Assembly: GCA_001029775.1 (NCBI GenBank)
Contig: CP011215.1
Span: 32,148 to 96,147, forward strand
DNA from: Candidatus Campbellbacteria bacterium GW2011_OD1_34_28
Lineage (GTDB): Bacteria > Patescibacteriota > Minisyncoccia > Phycocordibacterales > UBA12079
DNA length: 64,000 nt
Reading direction: 5' to 3'
Shown here: piece by piece, positions 35,035 to 44,844 of the stretch
Layout of the letters: the number at the start of each line of letters is the position of its first letter
How positions within the stretch are numbered: the first letter of the stretch is position 1
Translations under genes and position numbers: made by a program
The notes under the pieces: model-generated
Database searches by the model: none
Told to the model about the DNA's origin: nothing
Seen by the model: the letters and a program-made list of their open reading frames with translations, nothing else

Positions 35035-36324
35035 TTATTCGCTATCCTCACCCGTGAGGACAAAATACCAATCTGCAACATTTGCCCCTGTCCTTCCTGT
35101 ATTGATATGTCCACCAACTTTTTTGAAAAATTCATAAGAATTGTTTTCTTTTAAAAAGTCTTCTGTCTCAAGCCCCTCGTCAGATGCTCGTTTGAACAAA
35201 TCTTTGTCTCCGATAGCACCCGCTGTATCGCTATTGTCCCACCCATCGGATGCCGAAGCAACAACCACCATATTCGGGACAATATACGGCAAACTCGCCA
35301 AAACAAATTCTTGATTTCTTCCGCCTATTCCATTTCCTTTTACCTTAACCGTTGTTTCCCCTCCCCAAATATGACAACTTTTTGGCAAATAATTTTTTGT
35401 AACAATTTTTTCAGACACAGAAACTACTTCTCCTTCTAATTTGTTGTCTTCTATATACGCATCATATCCTAAATCTTCTGCCTTTCTTTTCATTGCCTCA
35501 AGACCAACCATGTTTGAACCCAAAAGAATATTAGTGACATTTTCAAAAAATTTTTCTTTCTTTGGGGTTTCCGTTAAAGAGATATTTAAATGACGCATTG
35601 AATTTTGCATATCGTATTTTTTTAAAACATCCTCTGCATCTTTGATTGTTGTTTTGTCCATAACAGTTGGACCAGAAGCAATCACACTCAGATCGTCCCC
35701 TGGTACATCAGAAAGAATAAAAGAAACCAATTTTGCAGGATATGCAAACTCGGCAAATTGTCCGCCCTTTATAGAAGAAGTGTGTTTTCTTACCGTGTTT
35801 ATCTCTGTTATATTTGCTCCTTTTTTCATCAACTCTTCAATAAATTCTTTTTGATTTTGAAAATCTGTTTTATATGGCAAACACAACAACGCAGATCCAC
35901 CGCCAGAAATAACGGTCAAAACAAGATCTTTTTTCGTAGCTTGTTTCAACATCTCAATAATTTGTTCTGTGACAAAAACATTTTTTGCGGAAGGAAATGG
36001 GTGTGTCCCTTCTTCTGAAAGCAAATTTTTAAATTCGTCTTTTTTTACATCCAAAACAATACCACTCGTTATTTTATCTCCCAAAATATCTTCCAATGCT
36101 TTTGCCGAACTAACCGCACATTTTCCAATAGCAATAACAAAAATCCTTTCATAATCATTGAGACAAATTTTTTGATCAGCAAAACAAATATGTCCGTCTC
36201 TTACTTCTATTTTTGATTTGAAAAGACGCTCTACCATGATGGCTTCGTATCCTGTTTCCAATATTTCCAAAGCATCTCTTTTCAATTTAGATGTTCCTAA
36301 TTCATCAATATTTTTGATTATCAT
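35035..36324 (-). CDS. Glycerate 2-kinase (MOFRL family; DUF4147 + MOFRL)
   Basis: 429 aa. VIAIGKCAVSSAKALE, a Gly-rich SGGGSALL, and C-terminal MOFRL-like blocks. Confidence 0.7.
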   Translation of the reverse strand: MIIKNIDELGTSKLKRDALEILETGYEAIMVERLFKSKIEVRDGHICFADQKICLNDYERIFVIAIGKCAVSSAKALEDILGDKITSGIVLDVKKDEFKNLLSEEGTHPFPSAKNVFVTEQIIEMLKQATKKDLVLTVISGGGSALLCLPYKTDFQNQKEFIEELMKKGANITEINTVRKHTSSIKGGQFAEFAYPAKLVSFILSDVPGDDLSVIASGPTVMDKTTIKDAEDVLKKYDMQNSMRHLNISLTETPKKEKFFENVTNILLGSNMVGLEAMKRKAEDLGYDAYIEDNKLEGEVVSVSEKIVTKNYLPKSCHIWGGETTVKVKGNGIGGRNQEFVLASLPYIVPNMVVVASASDGWDNSDTAGAIGDKDLFKRASDEGLETEDFLKENNSYEFFKKVGGHINTGRTGANVADWYFVLTGEDSE

Positions 36325-36349
36325 AGATTAAATTTTAACATAAAAAAAT

Positions 36350-36388
36350 AAAAACTATCCGCGATTTAGCGGACAGTTTTTATTTTTT
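36350..36388. terminator. Rho-independent terminator
   Basis: ctatccgc-gattta-gcggacag (7 of 8 bp) flanked by A5 and T5AT6. Confidence 0.5.
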
Positions 36389-36391
36389 CAT

Positions 36392-36790
36392 CTATTCTGT
36401 TGTTACCCCTTCAAAGTGCTCATCGTCGGCTTCGGCCTGTTCTTTTGTCGCATGAACAACCCCGTCTCTATGATGCGCAGGAGAATAAATTGTGTAAAGC
36501 TTCATATCTTCTGTTTCAGAAGTATTTATAATATTATGTCGAGCACCAGCTGGTATAACGATCGCAAAACCATCACTTATCTCTGTTTCCACTCCATCCA
36601 ACACAACCTTTCCTTTTCCAGCATCTACTCTAAAAAATTGGTCATTATCCTCATGAACCTCCATTCCAATTTCTTCCATCGGTTTCAAACTCATCAAAAC
36701 TAATTGACTATATTTGCTTGTATAAAGAACCTTTCTAAAATTAGAATTTTCTTTTGTTAGATTTTCAATATTTTCTACAAATCCTTTCAT
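36392..36790 (-). CDS. Cupin-domain protein
   Basis: 132 aa. GFAIVIPAGARHNIINTSETEDMKLYTIY is the cupin_2 motif-2 region. Confidence 0.65.
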   Translation of the reverse strand: MKGFVENIENLTKENSNFRKVLYTSKYSQLVLMSLKPMEEIGMEVHEDNDQFFRVDAGKGKVVLDGVETEISDGFAIVIPAGARHNIINTSETEDMKLYTIYSPAHHRDGVVHATKEQAEADDEHFEGVTTE

Positions 36791-36874
36791 AATAGTTAAA
36801 AATTAATTTAATAAAATAAATTATAACATACAAAAAACATGCTCGTGAAAATTTAATAAATTACAATTTTAATA

Positions 36875-38509
36875 TTATTCCAAAAACAATCTCGCGACTC
36901 TTATCTCGTCAAAACCAAAATCATCACCCAAAATTTCTTTAACTGGGGTCAATTTTTTGTCCTTTGTTTTTTTGAATGCTTTTAATATCTTTTCTAATCT
37001 ATTTTTTTCAAAACCTTTTTTAATATAATCAATATCAATCTTTTCACCAGATTCAAGTAGCTTTTCAATATGGCCGACAATTGTTTCTTTGGTTACCTCT
37101 CTTTTATCTGCTATTTCTTGTAAAGAATTTTTTTCATCTATCAACAGTTTTGTTTTTTCGTAGGTTGAAAGACTCTCTTGTTTTTCTTCTTTTGTTGGAC
37201 TAACAAGATCCAAAAAAGTTTCTTGAATTTTTTTGACTTCATTTTCAGAAAAACTGCTCAACTCGTCAACAGCCTTTTCAGAAAACAATAATAATTTTTT
37301 ATCTAATTCAGAAACTTCTTTGTTGATCCTTAGGGCAATATCATTCAAACCCATCAGTCTCAAACCTTCTATTTTTTTTACACGAGAAAGAGCCACATAC
37401 CCCATTCCCTCAACAAAAGATTTTGATAAATCAATTTCTGCACAGTCCAAACTCATTCCCTGACTTTTATGAATCGTAATTGCCCACGCCAAACGCAAAG
37501 GAATTTGTTTTAATTCTGCTTTTATTTTTCCATCTTCATCAATTACCCAAGATTCTTCTTCTACCTCGATTATCCTTCCGTCGTATGTTTTAACAATCGG
37601 CAATCCTCCGGCGCTAAAATCTATGACTTTGCCGAGTGTTCCATTTACATACTTCTTGATGGGATTATTTTTTAAAAACATAACAACAGCACCTTTTTTC
37701 AACCTCAATTCTTCTTGTGCCAAACAGCTCTTTTTCAATGTCTCTACCAATTTTCTATTACCTTTGGTATGCATTTCAAAAATCTTTAGGGAACCTTCTA
37801 TCAAATCCAGCTGTTGATTGTTTATGATATCAATATCAGCATTATGTGTGTAAAGTTTTGTAGGAACTATTTCCGAATTAATTTGTTTTTTATACCGAAG
37901 TCTCAAAGGAGCCAACACATTTTCTCCTGCATTATCTTGCCTGATATTATTCAAAATATTTGTCAGAGTATCACAATCTTGACGATATTGTTCATCAAGA
38001 TAACAAACCTTCAAATCCATATCATTCCAAACATTTGCCTTATTTATAAAACAAAATCCTTCATTGTTTTTACTTATCGGAGGCAGTTGAAAAAAATCTC
38101 CAGACAAAATAACTTGCATTCCACCAAAAGGAAAATCTTTTTGTCTAAAAGCTCTGCAAACTTTGTCTATCAAATCCAAACGATAATGATGCAACATAGA
38201 CACCTCGTCTATTATCAAAACTTTTGTATTTTGAAATCTTTTTGCTAGATGACTTTTTTGTAAAAGAGAATCCATCTCCCATTCATTTAAATCATCGTTT
38301 ATTCCTATCCCTGCCCAAGAATGAATTGTCATCCCGCCCAGATGAGTAGAAGCAATCCCAGTTGATGCCGTTACCGCTACACTAACATCATTTTCTTTCA
38401 AAAAATTTATATATTCATTAAGGAGATATGTTTTTCCACTACCAGCAGCACCCGTTAAATAAACATTGTGACCCATTTTTAAGATTTCTAGTGCCTCTTT
38501 TTGTTTCAT
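36875..38509 (-). CDS. ATP-dependent DNA helicase, PIF1/RecD family, with a C-terminal HTH-containing domain
   Basis: Walker A LTGAAGSGKTYLL, Walker B LIIDEVSM, the PIF1 signature region, and a C-terminal SH3/UvrD_C-like part. The last 100 aa or so look like a wHTH. Confidence 0.75.
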   Translation of the reverse strand: MKQKEALEILKMGHNVYLTGAAGSGKTYLLNEYINFLKENDVSVAVTASTGIASTHLGGMTIHSWAGIGINDDLNEWEMDSLLQKSHLAKRFQNTKVLIIDEVSMLHHYRLDLIDKVCRAFRQKDFPFGGMQVILSGDFFQLPPISKNNEGFCFINKANVWNDMDLKVCYLDEQYRQDCDTLTNILNNIRQDNAGENVLAPLRLRYKKQINSEIVPTKLYTHNADIDIINNQQLDLIEGSLKIFEMHTKGNRKLVETLKKSCLAQEELRLKKGAVVMFLKNNPIKKYVNGTLGKVIDFSAGGLPIVKTYDGRIIEVEEESWVIDEDGKIKAELKQIPLRLAWAITIHKSQGMSLDCAEIDLSKSFVEGMGYVALSRVKKIEGLRLMGLNDIALRINKEVSELDKKLLLFSEKAVDELSSFSENEVKKIQETFLDLVSPTKEEKQESLSTYEKTKLLIDEKNSLQEIADKREVTKETIVGHIEKLLESGEKIDIDYIKKGFEKNRLEKILKAFKKTKDKKLTPVKEILGDDFGFDEIRVARLFLE

Positions 38510-38514
38510 AAAAG

Positions 38515-38556
38515 TAAGTATAAAGTTAAAAGTTTATAAAGTCTATAAAGTTATTT
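38515..38556. repeat. Tandem TATAAAG(T) 9-mer-like array (minus-strand orientation CTTTATAGA / CTTTATAAA) directly upstream of the helicase start
   Basis: gtataaagttaaaagtttataaagtctataaagtta; the reverse complement carries 3 CTTTATAxA units. Confidence 0.45.
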
Positions 38557-38564
38557 AAATTAAA

Positions 38565-38590
38565 CAAAAATCGCCAAAGGCGATTTTTGT
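38565..38590. terminator. Bidirectional rho-independent terminator downstream of secA
   Basis: aaaaatcgcc-aaa-ggcgattttt. Confidence 0.65.
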
Positions 38591-38626
38591 TTTCTACATT
38601 CGTTCTTGCTACCTACTACTTTTTAC

Positions 38627-41158
38627 TTATTTCCCGTGGCACTTTTTATATTTTTTGCCCGACCCACAAGGACACAAATCATTTCTTCCAATCTTTTCTT
38701 CTTCCCCTTTTACAATAGGTTGTTGATTTTTTTCTGTACCAGATCCTTCTTGTTCTGCAATATTTTTTGCACTCTCATGAGTCGCTTTCAATTGTTGTTG
38801 TTCTCTAACAAAAGCCCCCTCTCCCATACTTGGCAAAAAGTGCAAAATCTTTTCGTTGATCACCCACTGCATTTCTTTAAACATAGTCAGTCCCTCTCTC
38901 TTGTATTCTACAAGAGGGTCTCTTTGGCCATAAGCACGCAAGTTAACAGACGATCTCAAATAATCCATTACTTCTAGATGTTCCACCCAAAGCATGTCAG
39001 TTGTCTGCAAAAGCAATCTTCTCATTACCGTAAAAAATTCTGCTTCCCCCAAAGTATCTTTTTTGTCTTGAACAAGTTTTTCCATTTCTTCTTTTGTGCC
39101 AAAAACCTCGTTTGCCAAAGCAATTGTTCTAGGAGAATAAACATCCTCAATTATTTCATTCAAAAAATCGGAGATCTCTTCATTTGCTCCAAACAAAATT
39201 CTTCTTCTCTTTTCATAAACAATTTTTCTTTGGAAATTTAAAACATCGTCATATTGTAAAACATGTTTTCTTGAATCAAAGTTGAATCCTTCTATTTTTG
39301 TCTGAGCCGATTCCAAAGAACGAGTAATCATTTTGTTTTGTATCGGTTCGTCTTCTGGAATACCCAATCTGCCCATCATGTTTTTTACCATGTCAGATGC
39401 GAATATCCTCATTAGAGAGTCCTCCAAAGAAACAAAAAATTGTGTTTCTCCTGGATCGCCCTGTCTTCCCGAACGACCTCGCAACTGATTATCAATTCTC
39501 CTTGAATCATGTCTTTCAGTACCGATAACAAACAAACCACCCAAAGATTTTACTTCTTCATATTTTGTCTTATCAAAAGGTACACCTCCTAGTTTGATAT
39601 CTACTCCACGACCTGCCATATTGGTTGCAATAGTTACTCTGCCCTTTTCTCCAGCACGAGCGACGATCTCTCCTTCTCTCTCGTGATTTTTTGCATTCAA
39701 CAATTCGTGTTTTACTCCTTCTGCTTTCAAATATTGTGAAAGCAATTCATTTTTTTCAATAGAAACAGTACCAATCAAAACAGGTTGGCCGTTTTTATTT
39801 AATTCTTTTATCTTTTTAGCAAGCGCTTTAAATTTTCCTGTCTCTGTTTGAAAAATCAAATCATCTCTGTCTATTCTCTTTATTTCCCTATGTGTTGGAG
39901 CAACAGTTGTTTCCAAACCATAAACTTTATAAAATTCTTCTGCCGATGTTTTGGCTGTACCTGTCATACCCGACAATTTTTTGTATAGGCGGAAATAATT
40001 TTGGAAAGTAATAGAAGCGAAGGTACGAGATTCTTTTTGAACTTTCAGCCCTTCCTTTGCTTCAATCGCTTGGTGTAAACCATCAGACCATCTTCTTCCT
40101 GGTTGCATACGACCAGTAAATTCATCCACGATAACAACCTCGCCTTCTCTTACAACATATTCTTTGTTTGCACTGAACAAAGCCTTTGCTCTGACCGCTG
40201 TTTCCAAATGGTGAACAAATTTAATTCCTCTCTCTGTATAAATATTTTCTATTCCCAAAAACTTCTCCGCTTTCTCAATTCCCAAATCTGTCATCTTTAT
40301 TGCTTTGTATTTTTCTTCAACGGTAAAATCTTGGTCTTTTATCATTGTCTGCGCAATCTTTGCAAATTTTGCGTAAAGATCTTCTGACTCTGTTGTCGGA
40401 GCAGAAATAATCAACGGAGTTCTCGCCTCATCAATCAAAATAGAATCTATCTCGTCTACAATCGCAAAATTGTAACCACGTTGACGGATTTCTTCTTTTC
40501 TATATTCAATATTGTCTCTCAAATAATCAAAACCAAATTCATTGTTTGTTCCATAAGTGATATCAGCATCGTATGCCTGTTGTCTTGTACAGGGACGCAA
40601 AAATTCATTTACAACTTTGTATGATCCCTCTTCGTCTCTTTCTTCATCCAACTCTTTGTGGTTGGGGTCATAAATATAAGAAGCTTCACTGTTTATTATT
40701 CCAACGCTCAATCCCAAAAATGAATAAATCTGTCCCATCCAAACGGCATCTCTTCGTGAAAGATAATCGTTTACCGTAACAACGTGAACTCCTTTTCCTG
40801 AAAGTGCATTTAAATAAACTGGCAAGGTCGCTACCAAAGTTTTTCCTTCTCCTGTTCTCATCTCGGCGATTCTTCCTTGATGCAAAATAACACCTCCGAT
40901 CAACTGAACATCATAATGCCTTTCATTCAAATTTCTTTTTGATGTTTCTCGAACAACAGCAAAAGCTTCGGGAAGTAAATTATCCAACGCTTCTCCCTCT
41001 TTTAATCTATTCTTAAATTCTTGTGTTTTTGCTTTCAAATCATCATCGGACAAAGAAGAAACCTCGCTTTCAAGAGAATTTATTTTTTCTACGATTGGTT
41101 GTATTTTTTTCAAATACTTTTTATTTTCGTCACCAAAAATGTTCTTAATATTCATCAT
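38627..41158 (-). CDS. secA: Preprotein translocase ATPase SecA
   Basis: 843 aa. DEAD motor GKGVHVVTVNDYLSRRDA, the preprotein-crosslinking domain, and a C-terminal zinc-binding tail CPCGSGKKYKKCHG. Confidence 0.92.
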   Translation of the reverse strand: MMNIKNIFGDENKKYLKKIQPIVEKINSLESEVSSLSDDDLKAKTQEFKNRLKEGEALDNLLPEAFAVVRETSKRNLNERHYDVQLIGGVILHQGRIAEMRTGEGKTLVATLPVYLNALSGKGVHVVTVNDYLSRRDAVWMGQIYSFLGLSVGIINSEASYIYDPNHKELDEERDEEGSYKVVNEFLRPCTRQQAYDADITYGTNNEFGFDYLRDNIEYRKEEIRQRGYNFAIVDEIDSILIDEARTPLIISAPTTESEDLYAKFAKIAQTMIKDQDFTVEEKYKAIKMTDLGIEKAEKFLGIENIYTERGIKFVHHLETAVRAKALFSANKEYVVREGEVVIVDEFTGRMQPGRRWSDGLHQAIEAKEGLKVQKESRTFASITFQNYFRLYKKLSGMTGTAKTSAEEFYKVYGLETTVAPTHREIKRIDRDDLIFQTETGKFKALAKKIKELNKNGQPVLIGTVSIEKNELLSQYLKAEGVKHELLNAKNHEREGEIVARAGEKGRVTIATNMAGRGVDIKLGGVPFDKTKYEEVKSLGGLFVIGTERHDSRRIDNQLRGRSGRQGDPGETQFFVSLEDSLMRIFASDMVKNMMGRLGIPEDEPIQNKMITRSLESAQTKIEGFNFDSRKHVLQYDDVLNFQRKIVYEKRRRILFGANEEISDFLNEIIEDVYSPRTIALANEVFGTKEEMEKLVQDKKDTLGEAEFFTVMRRLLLQTTDMLWVEHLEVMDYLRSSVNLRAYGQRDPLVEYKREGLTMFKEMQWVINEKILHFLPSMGEGAFVREQQQLKATHESAKNIAEQEGSGTEKNQQPIVKGEEEKIGRNDLCPCGSGKKYKKCHGK

Positions 41159-41204
41159 TTATTTTTTTAGCTTTAAATTACGAAATACTCTGGGTAGCAA
41201 TATT

Positions 41205-41440
41205 GCTTAAATTTTCTCTCAAAAAATTAAAAGTGCTATCGCTCGCGAAGAGAAACGAGGACATCGTGGATCGCGTCGCTTCGCTCGCGAAGACGAATTT
41301 TCTGAAAGAAAATTCGTTGACGAAGTTGGGCTTTGCCCAACTTTGTCTTTGCGAGCCTTGGCGAAGCAATCCACGTCGTCGTTCGTCTTTGCGAGCCTTG
41401 GCGAAGCAATCCAGTTTCGTAATTCAAAGTTCTTTTATTA
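41205..41440. repeat. GC-rich hairpin-dense intergenic repeat element, copy 5
   Basis: Hairpins gacgaattttct-gaaa-gaaaattcgt and gaagttgggc-tttg-cccaacttt. A tandem direct repeat tcgtctttgcgagccttggcgaagcaatcca x2. The words ctcgcgaag and gcgaagcaatccacgtcg. Confidence 0.6.
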
Positions 41441-41451
41441 CAGCATATACT

Positions 41452-42486
41452 TTACCACATAACGACTTCTGTTTCTATGTTTATCCCTGTTTTCTCTTTT
41501 ACATCTTTGGCTATTTTTTCTACAAGATTTTTTACATCTTTTGCTGTGGCATTCCCGTGATTAATCACAATCAAAGAATGTTTTTCAAAAATCCCCGCTT
41601 CCCCATCTTTGTAACCCTTCCAACCAAACTGTTCCAAAAGATGGCCAAGTGGAATTTTATGTTCTCCTTGCAGAGAAGTATTACATCCTATATCAATTTT
41701 ATAATGTGGCATATCAGGAGAGATTTTTTTAAGGGCGAACAATGTCTCACTATTGACGACAGGAAGTTTAAAGAAAGATCCGGCTGTTCCAAATTGTTTT
41801 AAATCAGGAAGTTTATTTTTTCTAATGAAAAGTAATATCTCTCTCATCTTTCCAAGGCTAACATTTTTCTCTTCCAAATTATTTTCTTTCAAATAATTTT
41901 TTACATCTTTGTAGTCCAAATTTAATGTGCCTTCTTTTTTTAAAACAAAATTTACTCTCAGAATAATATATTTCTTCCCCTCCTCTGTTTTAAAAATACT
42001 GTGTCTATAAATAAAATCACACTGTTTGTTAGTTAAAATCTCAATTTCCAAAGTTTCTATATTAAACACTTCGACACTCTCCACAGAATCCTTAACCTCT
42101 GCACCATAACATTCAATATTTTGAACAACACTCGCTCCGACCGTTCCAGGAATATAAGAGAGATTTTCTAAACCATATAGATTTTTGTCTACAGTTTGTT
42201 GGACCAAATCATCCCAAACCTCTCCTGCTCCCACAATCACTTGGGACTCCGAATCCCAAGTGACTCCTTTTATTTCAATTTTCAAAACCAAACCGTCTAC
42301 GCCTTCATCAGAAATCAAAAGATTGGATCCTCCGCCCAATATATAGAGAGGCAGTTGATTTTGCTTCGCAAAAATCACTGCGCCTTTCAAGTCCTCTTCA
42401 TTTTTTATAACAGCAAAATATCTAGCGCATCCGCCAATTTTAAAAGTAGTATAATCCGCAAGCAAAACATTTTCTTCAATATTCAT
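41452..42486 (-). CDS. murB: UDP-N-acetylenolpyruvoylglucosamine reductase
   Basis: 344 aa. FAD-binding GGGSNLL and a MurB C-terminal domain. Confidence 0.85.
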   Translation of the reverse strand: MNIEENVLLADYTTFKIGGCARYFAVIKNEEDLKGAVIFAKQNQLPLYILGGGSNLLISDEGVDGLVLKIEIKGVTWDSESQVIVGAGEVWDDLVQQTVDKNLYGLENLSYIPGTVGASVVQNIECYGAEVKDSVESVEVFNIETLEIEILTNKQCDFIYRHSIFKTEEGKKYIILRVNFVLKKEGTLNLDYKDVKNYLKENNLEEKNVSLGKMREILLFIRKNKLPDLKQFGTAGSFFKLPVVNSETLFALKKISPDMPHYKIDIGCNTSLQGEHKIPLGHLLEQFGWKGYKDGEAGIFEKHSLIVINHGNATAKDVKNLVEKIAKDVKEKTGINIETEVVMW

Positions 42487-42502
42487 ATAAAAACATTATA
42501 AC

Positions 42503-42539
42503 AAAAAACACCAGATTTTATAAAATCTGGTGTTTTTTT
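42503..42539. terminator. Bidirectional rho-independent terminator
   Basis: aaaaaacaccagatttt-ataa-aatctggtgttttttt, a perfect palindrome. Confidence 0.65.
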
Positions 42540-42540
42540 A

Positions 42541-42578
42541 CTTTATGAACTTTATAACTTTACAAACTTTATAAACTT
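42541..42578. repeat. Tandem CTTTATAAA-like 9-mer array
   Basis: ctttatgaa ctttataa ctttacaaa ctttataaa, immediately beside the terminator. Confidence 0.5.
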
Positions 42579-42579
42579 C

Positions 42580-44760
42580 TTACGGTCTTCTCCCTGCCCT
42601 AATTTCACTTATATAAAATTCTCCTTGTTCTTTAAACTCTGGATTTATCTCAATTGCTTTTTGCAAAACCTCTATAGACTTTTCTCGATTGCCAATATCA
42701 AGATAGCTGGCAGCCAAAGACAAATAATTTTGTAACTCGTTAGGTCTATTTTCAACGGCAAATTCCAAAATCTTTATCAGTTTTGAATATTGTTTTGTAT
42801 CATAATAAGCTTGAATTATTCTTGGGTTGTCTACTAGAACGGTTCCAAAAGTTTCCATCAAAATTCCATCTGCCAATTCTTGGTCTCCTAGACGAATAGC
42901 ATTTGCAGCATAATAAGCGGCTGCATCCTTAAAGCTCTTGTCCAATTCATAAGCTTGTTTGTAATAAACCAAAGCCTCTTCGCTCTTTTCTTGCAACTGC
43001 AAAACAGTTCCCGTCATAAACAAAATTGATTGTTTGTTTGGGGACAACTCACTCGCTCTCATAAAATGGGGCAAGGAATCATCATATGCACCAAAGCTAG
43101 ATAGCAATGTTCCCGCAATAACTTCTGTTCTTGCATTGTTTGGATCTCTTTCAATTTCTTTTAACATTTCTGCAAAAGCAAAATCGGCAACTCCTTGTTT
43201 GATTTCTGTAGTAGTGTCGGCAGATGCAACTTGAATTGCAAATTGTGCTAACTGTTCACGAACCTCTTGATTTCCAAAAGATTCATAAGACAAAGATTTT
43301 TGATAATTCTCCAAGTTAACATTTATATTTCCTTGTGGTCGCAATGCTTCCAATAGATGATAAGCCGTAAAAAATCCTTTTGTATTTACAAAATAAATTG
43401 AACCAAACATAACAACAACAATTACAGGCATTGCAACAAAATATTTTTTGTCACCAATCACTTTCTCATAATTAAACAAAATCCTTCCAGAATTTAAATT
43501 GTGCAAATAAGCAAGTAACGAGAAAAACAAAATATAACTGATCAGGTTATCAAACACAAAGAAATTGTGAATAAAATATCCTGCAAGCAATCCAATCAAA
43601 ATTGCTTTTTCTATCAGAGAGAAATGAGAATTTTTATCTCTAATCAAATAATACAAAATTGCAAAAAACAAAGACAGATATCCAATCAATCCCAAAATAC
43701 CACCCGCAATCAACCAATCAAAGAAAACATTGTGAGTTCTATCAAACCATTGCTCTTGATCATACATTCCGGGGTCATAATACTTGTTGAATACATAGTT
43801 AAAGTTTTCCTGTCCCCAACCCAATATAGGTCTTTCTTTAAAACCTTGAAATGCCATATCCCAAACCAAAAAACGAGATTTGGTTGTTGTTTCTTGCAAA
43901 GAGATATTGGCAAATCTATTCAACACAGGACTATTCTGAACAAAACTACTATCTTTCACCAAAATAAAACCTCCAACAAACAAAACCAAAGCAACTAATA
44001 CTCCCATAGCTATTTTCTTCAATTTTAAATTTTCTTTTTCAAACAAAGAAATTATAATCGCCGATATCATCAATCCCACAAGCAATCCCAAAATTGCTCC
44101 TCTAGTAGCGGTGTAATACAAAATCACTGTTTCCAAAACAATTACCAAACCGTACAGATAAGAAATCATATTCAAACCTTTTCTTTTTGCCAACATAAAG
44201 ATCGTCAAGAAAATATGCACGAGCAAATAAACGGCAAAGTAAGCCGAGTTTCCAAATGTTGCATCAAGACGAACACCTCCTTGGTGAACTTCTAATACTC
44301 CCAGCAACTGCATAACCCCGTAAAGAGAAAGACCAACACTGGCAACAATAGATGTATTCAAAAATCTTGCCCAAAGTTTTGAAGATGTCAAAACGCTTCC
44401 GACAACAACCAAATATCCAAAAAGGTGAACCAAAGTTACCCAACCCTCCATTCTTTCAAAATTACTCCAAATACTTTTCAAAGGATTTACTCCCATAAAA
44501 TCTGAAAGTCCAATCAAAGCAACAAAAATTGCCGAAAAAACCAATATCAGAGAATTCTTTAATCTGTACTCAGGATTGCGAAGTGAAAGAATCAGCCATA
44601 ACCCGATCATTATCTCTACCAAAATTCTAAAAACAAAAGCTTTTCCTGTTATAAAAGGAAAAAACAAATTTCCATAAACAACGAAAGGAATAAAAGGAAC
44701 TAAAAATATCGCCGTGAATAAAATGTATTTAAGTATATTATCTATTTTTGCCAAATTCAT
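42580..44760 (-). CDS. O-antigen ligase / Wzy-like polytopic membrane protein fused to C-terminal TPR repeats
   Basis: 726 aa. About 12 TM helices with a Wzy_C-like periplasmic loop, then a soluble domain of about 250 aa with TPR-like repeats (YYKQAYELDKSFKDAAAYYAANAIRLGDQE...). Confidence 0.65.
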   Translation of the reverse strand: MNLAKIDNILKYILFTAIFLVPFIPFVVYGNLFFPFITGKAFVFRILVEIMIGLWLILSLRNPEYRLKNSLILVFSAIFVALIGLSDFMGVNPLKSIWSNFERMEGWVTLVHLFGYLVVVGSVLTSSKLWARFLNTSIVASVGLSLYGVMQLLGVLEVHQGGVRLDATFGNSAYFAVYLLVHIFLTIFMLAKRKGLNMISYLYGLVIVLETVILYYTATRGAILGLLVGLMISAIIISLFEKENLKLKKIAMGVLVALVLFVGGFILVKDSSFVQNSPVLNRFANISLQETTTKSRFLVWDMAFQGFKERPILGWGQENFNYVFNKYYDPGMYDQEQWFDRTHNVFFDWLIAGGILGLIGYLSLFFAILYYLIRDKNSHFSLIEKAILIGLLAGYFIHNFFVFDNLISYILFFSLLAYLHNLNSGRILFNYEKVIGDKKYFVAMPVIVVVMFGSIYFVNTKGFFTAYHLLEALRPQGNINVNLENYQKSLSYESFGNQEVREQLAQFAIQVASADTTTEIKQGVADFAFAEMLKEIERDPNNARTEVIAGTLLSSFGAYDDSLPHFMRASELSPNKQSILFMTGTVLQLQEKSEEALVYYKQAYELDKSFKDAAAYYAANAIRLGDQELADGILMETFGTVLVDNPRIIQAYYDTKQYSKLIKILEFAVENRPNELQNYLSLAASYLDIGNREKSIEVLQKAIEINPEFKEQGEFYISEIRAGRRP

Positions 44761-44844
44761 ACCGTTAAAATGATTAAAATTATTAATAAATATGTATTTT
44801 CATAAATGATAGCATAATGATAAGATTAAGACATCTTTACATCC

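Noticed and set aside
5700-41440. CRISPR array interpretation of the GC-rich repeated words.
   Set aside because: There are no evenly spaced identical direct repeats with unique spacers. The copies are 2-33 kb apart and internally palindromic rather than arrayed.
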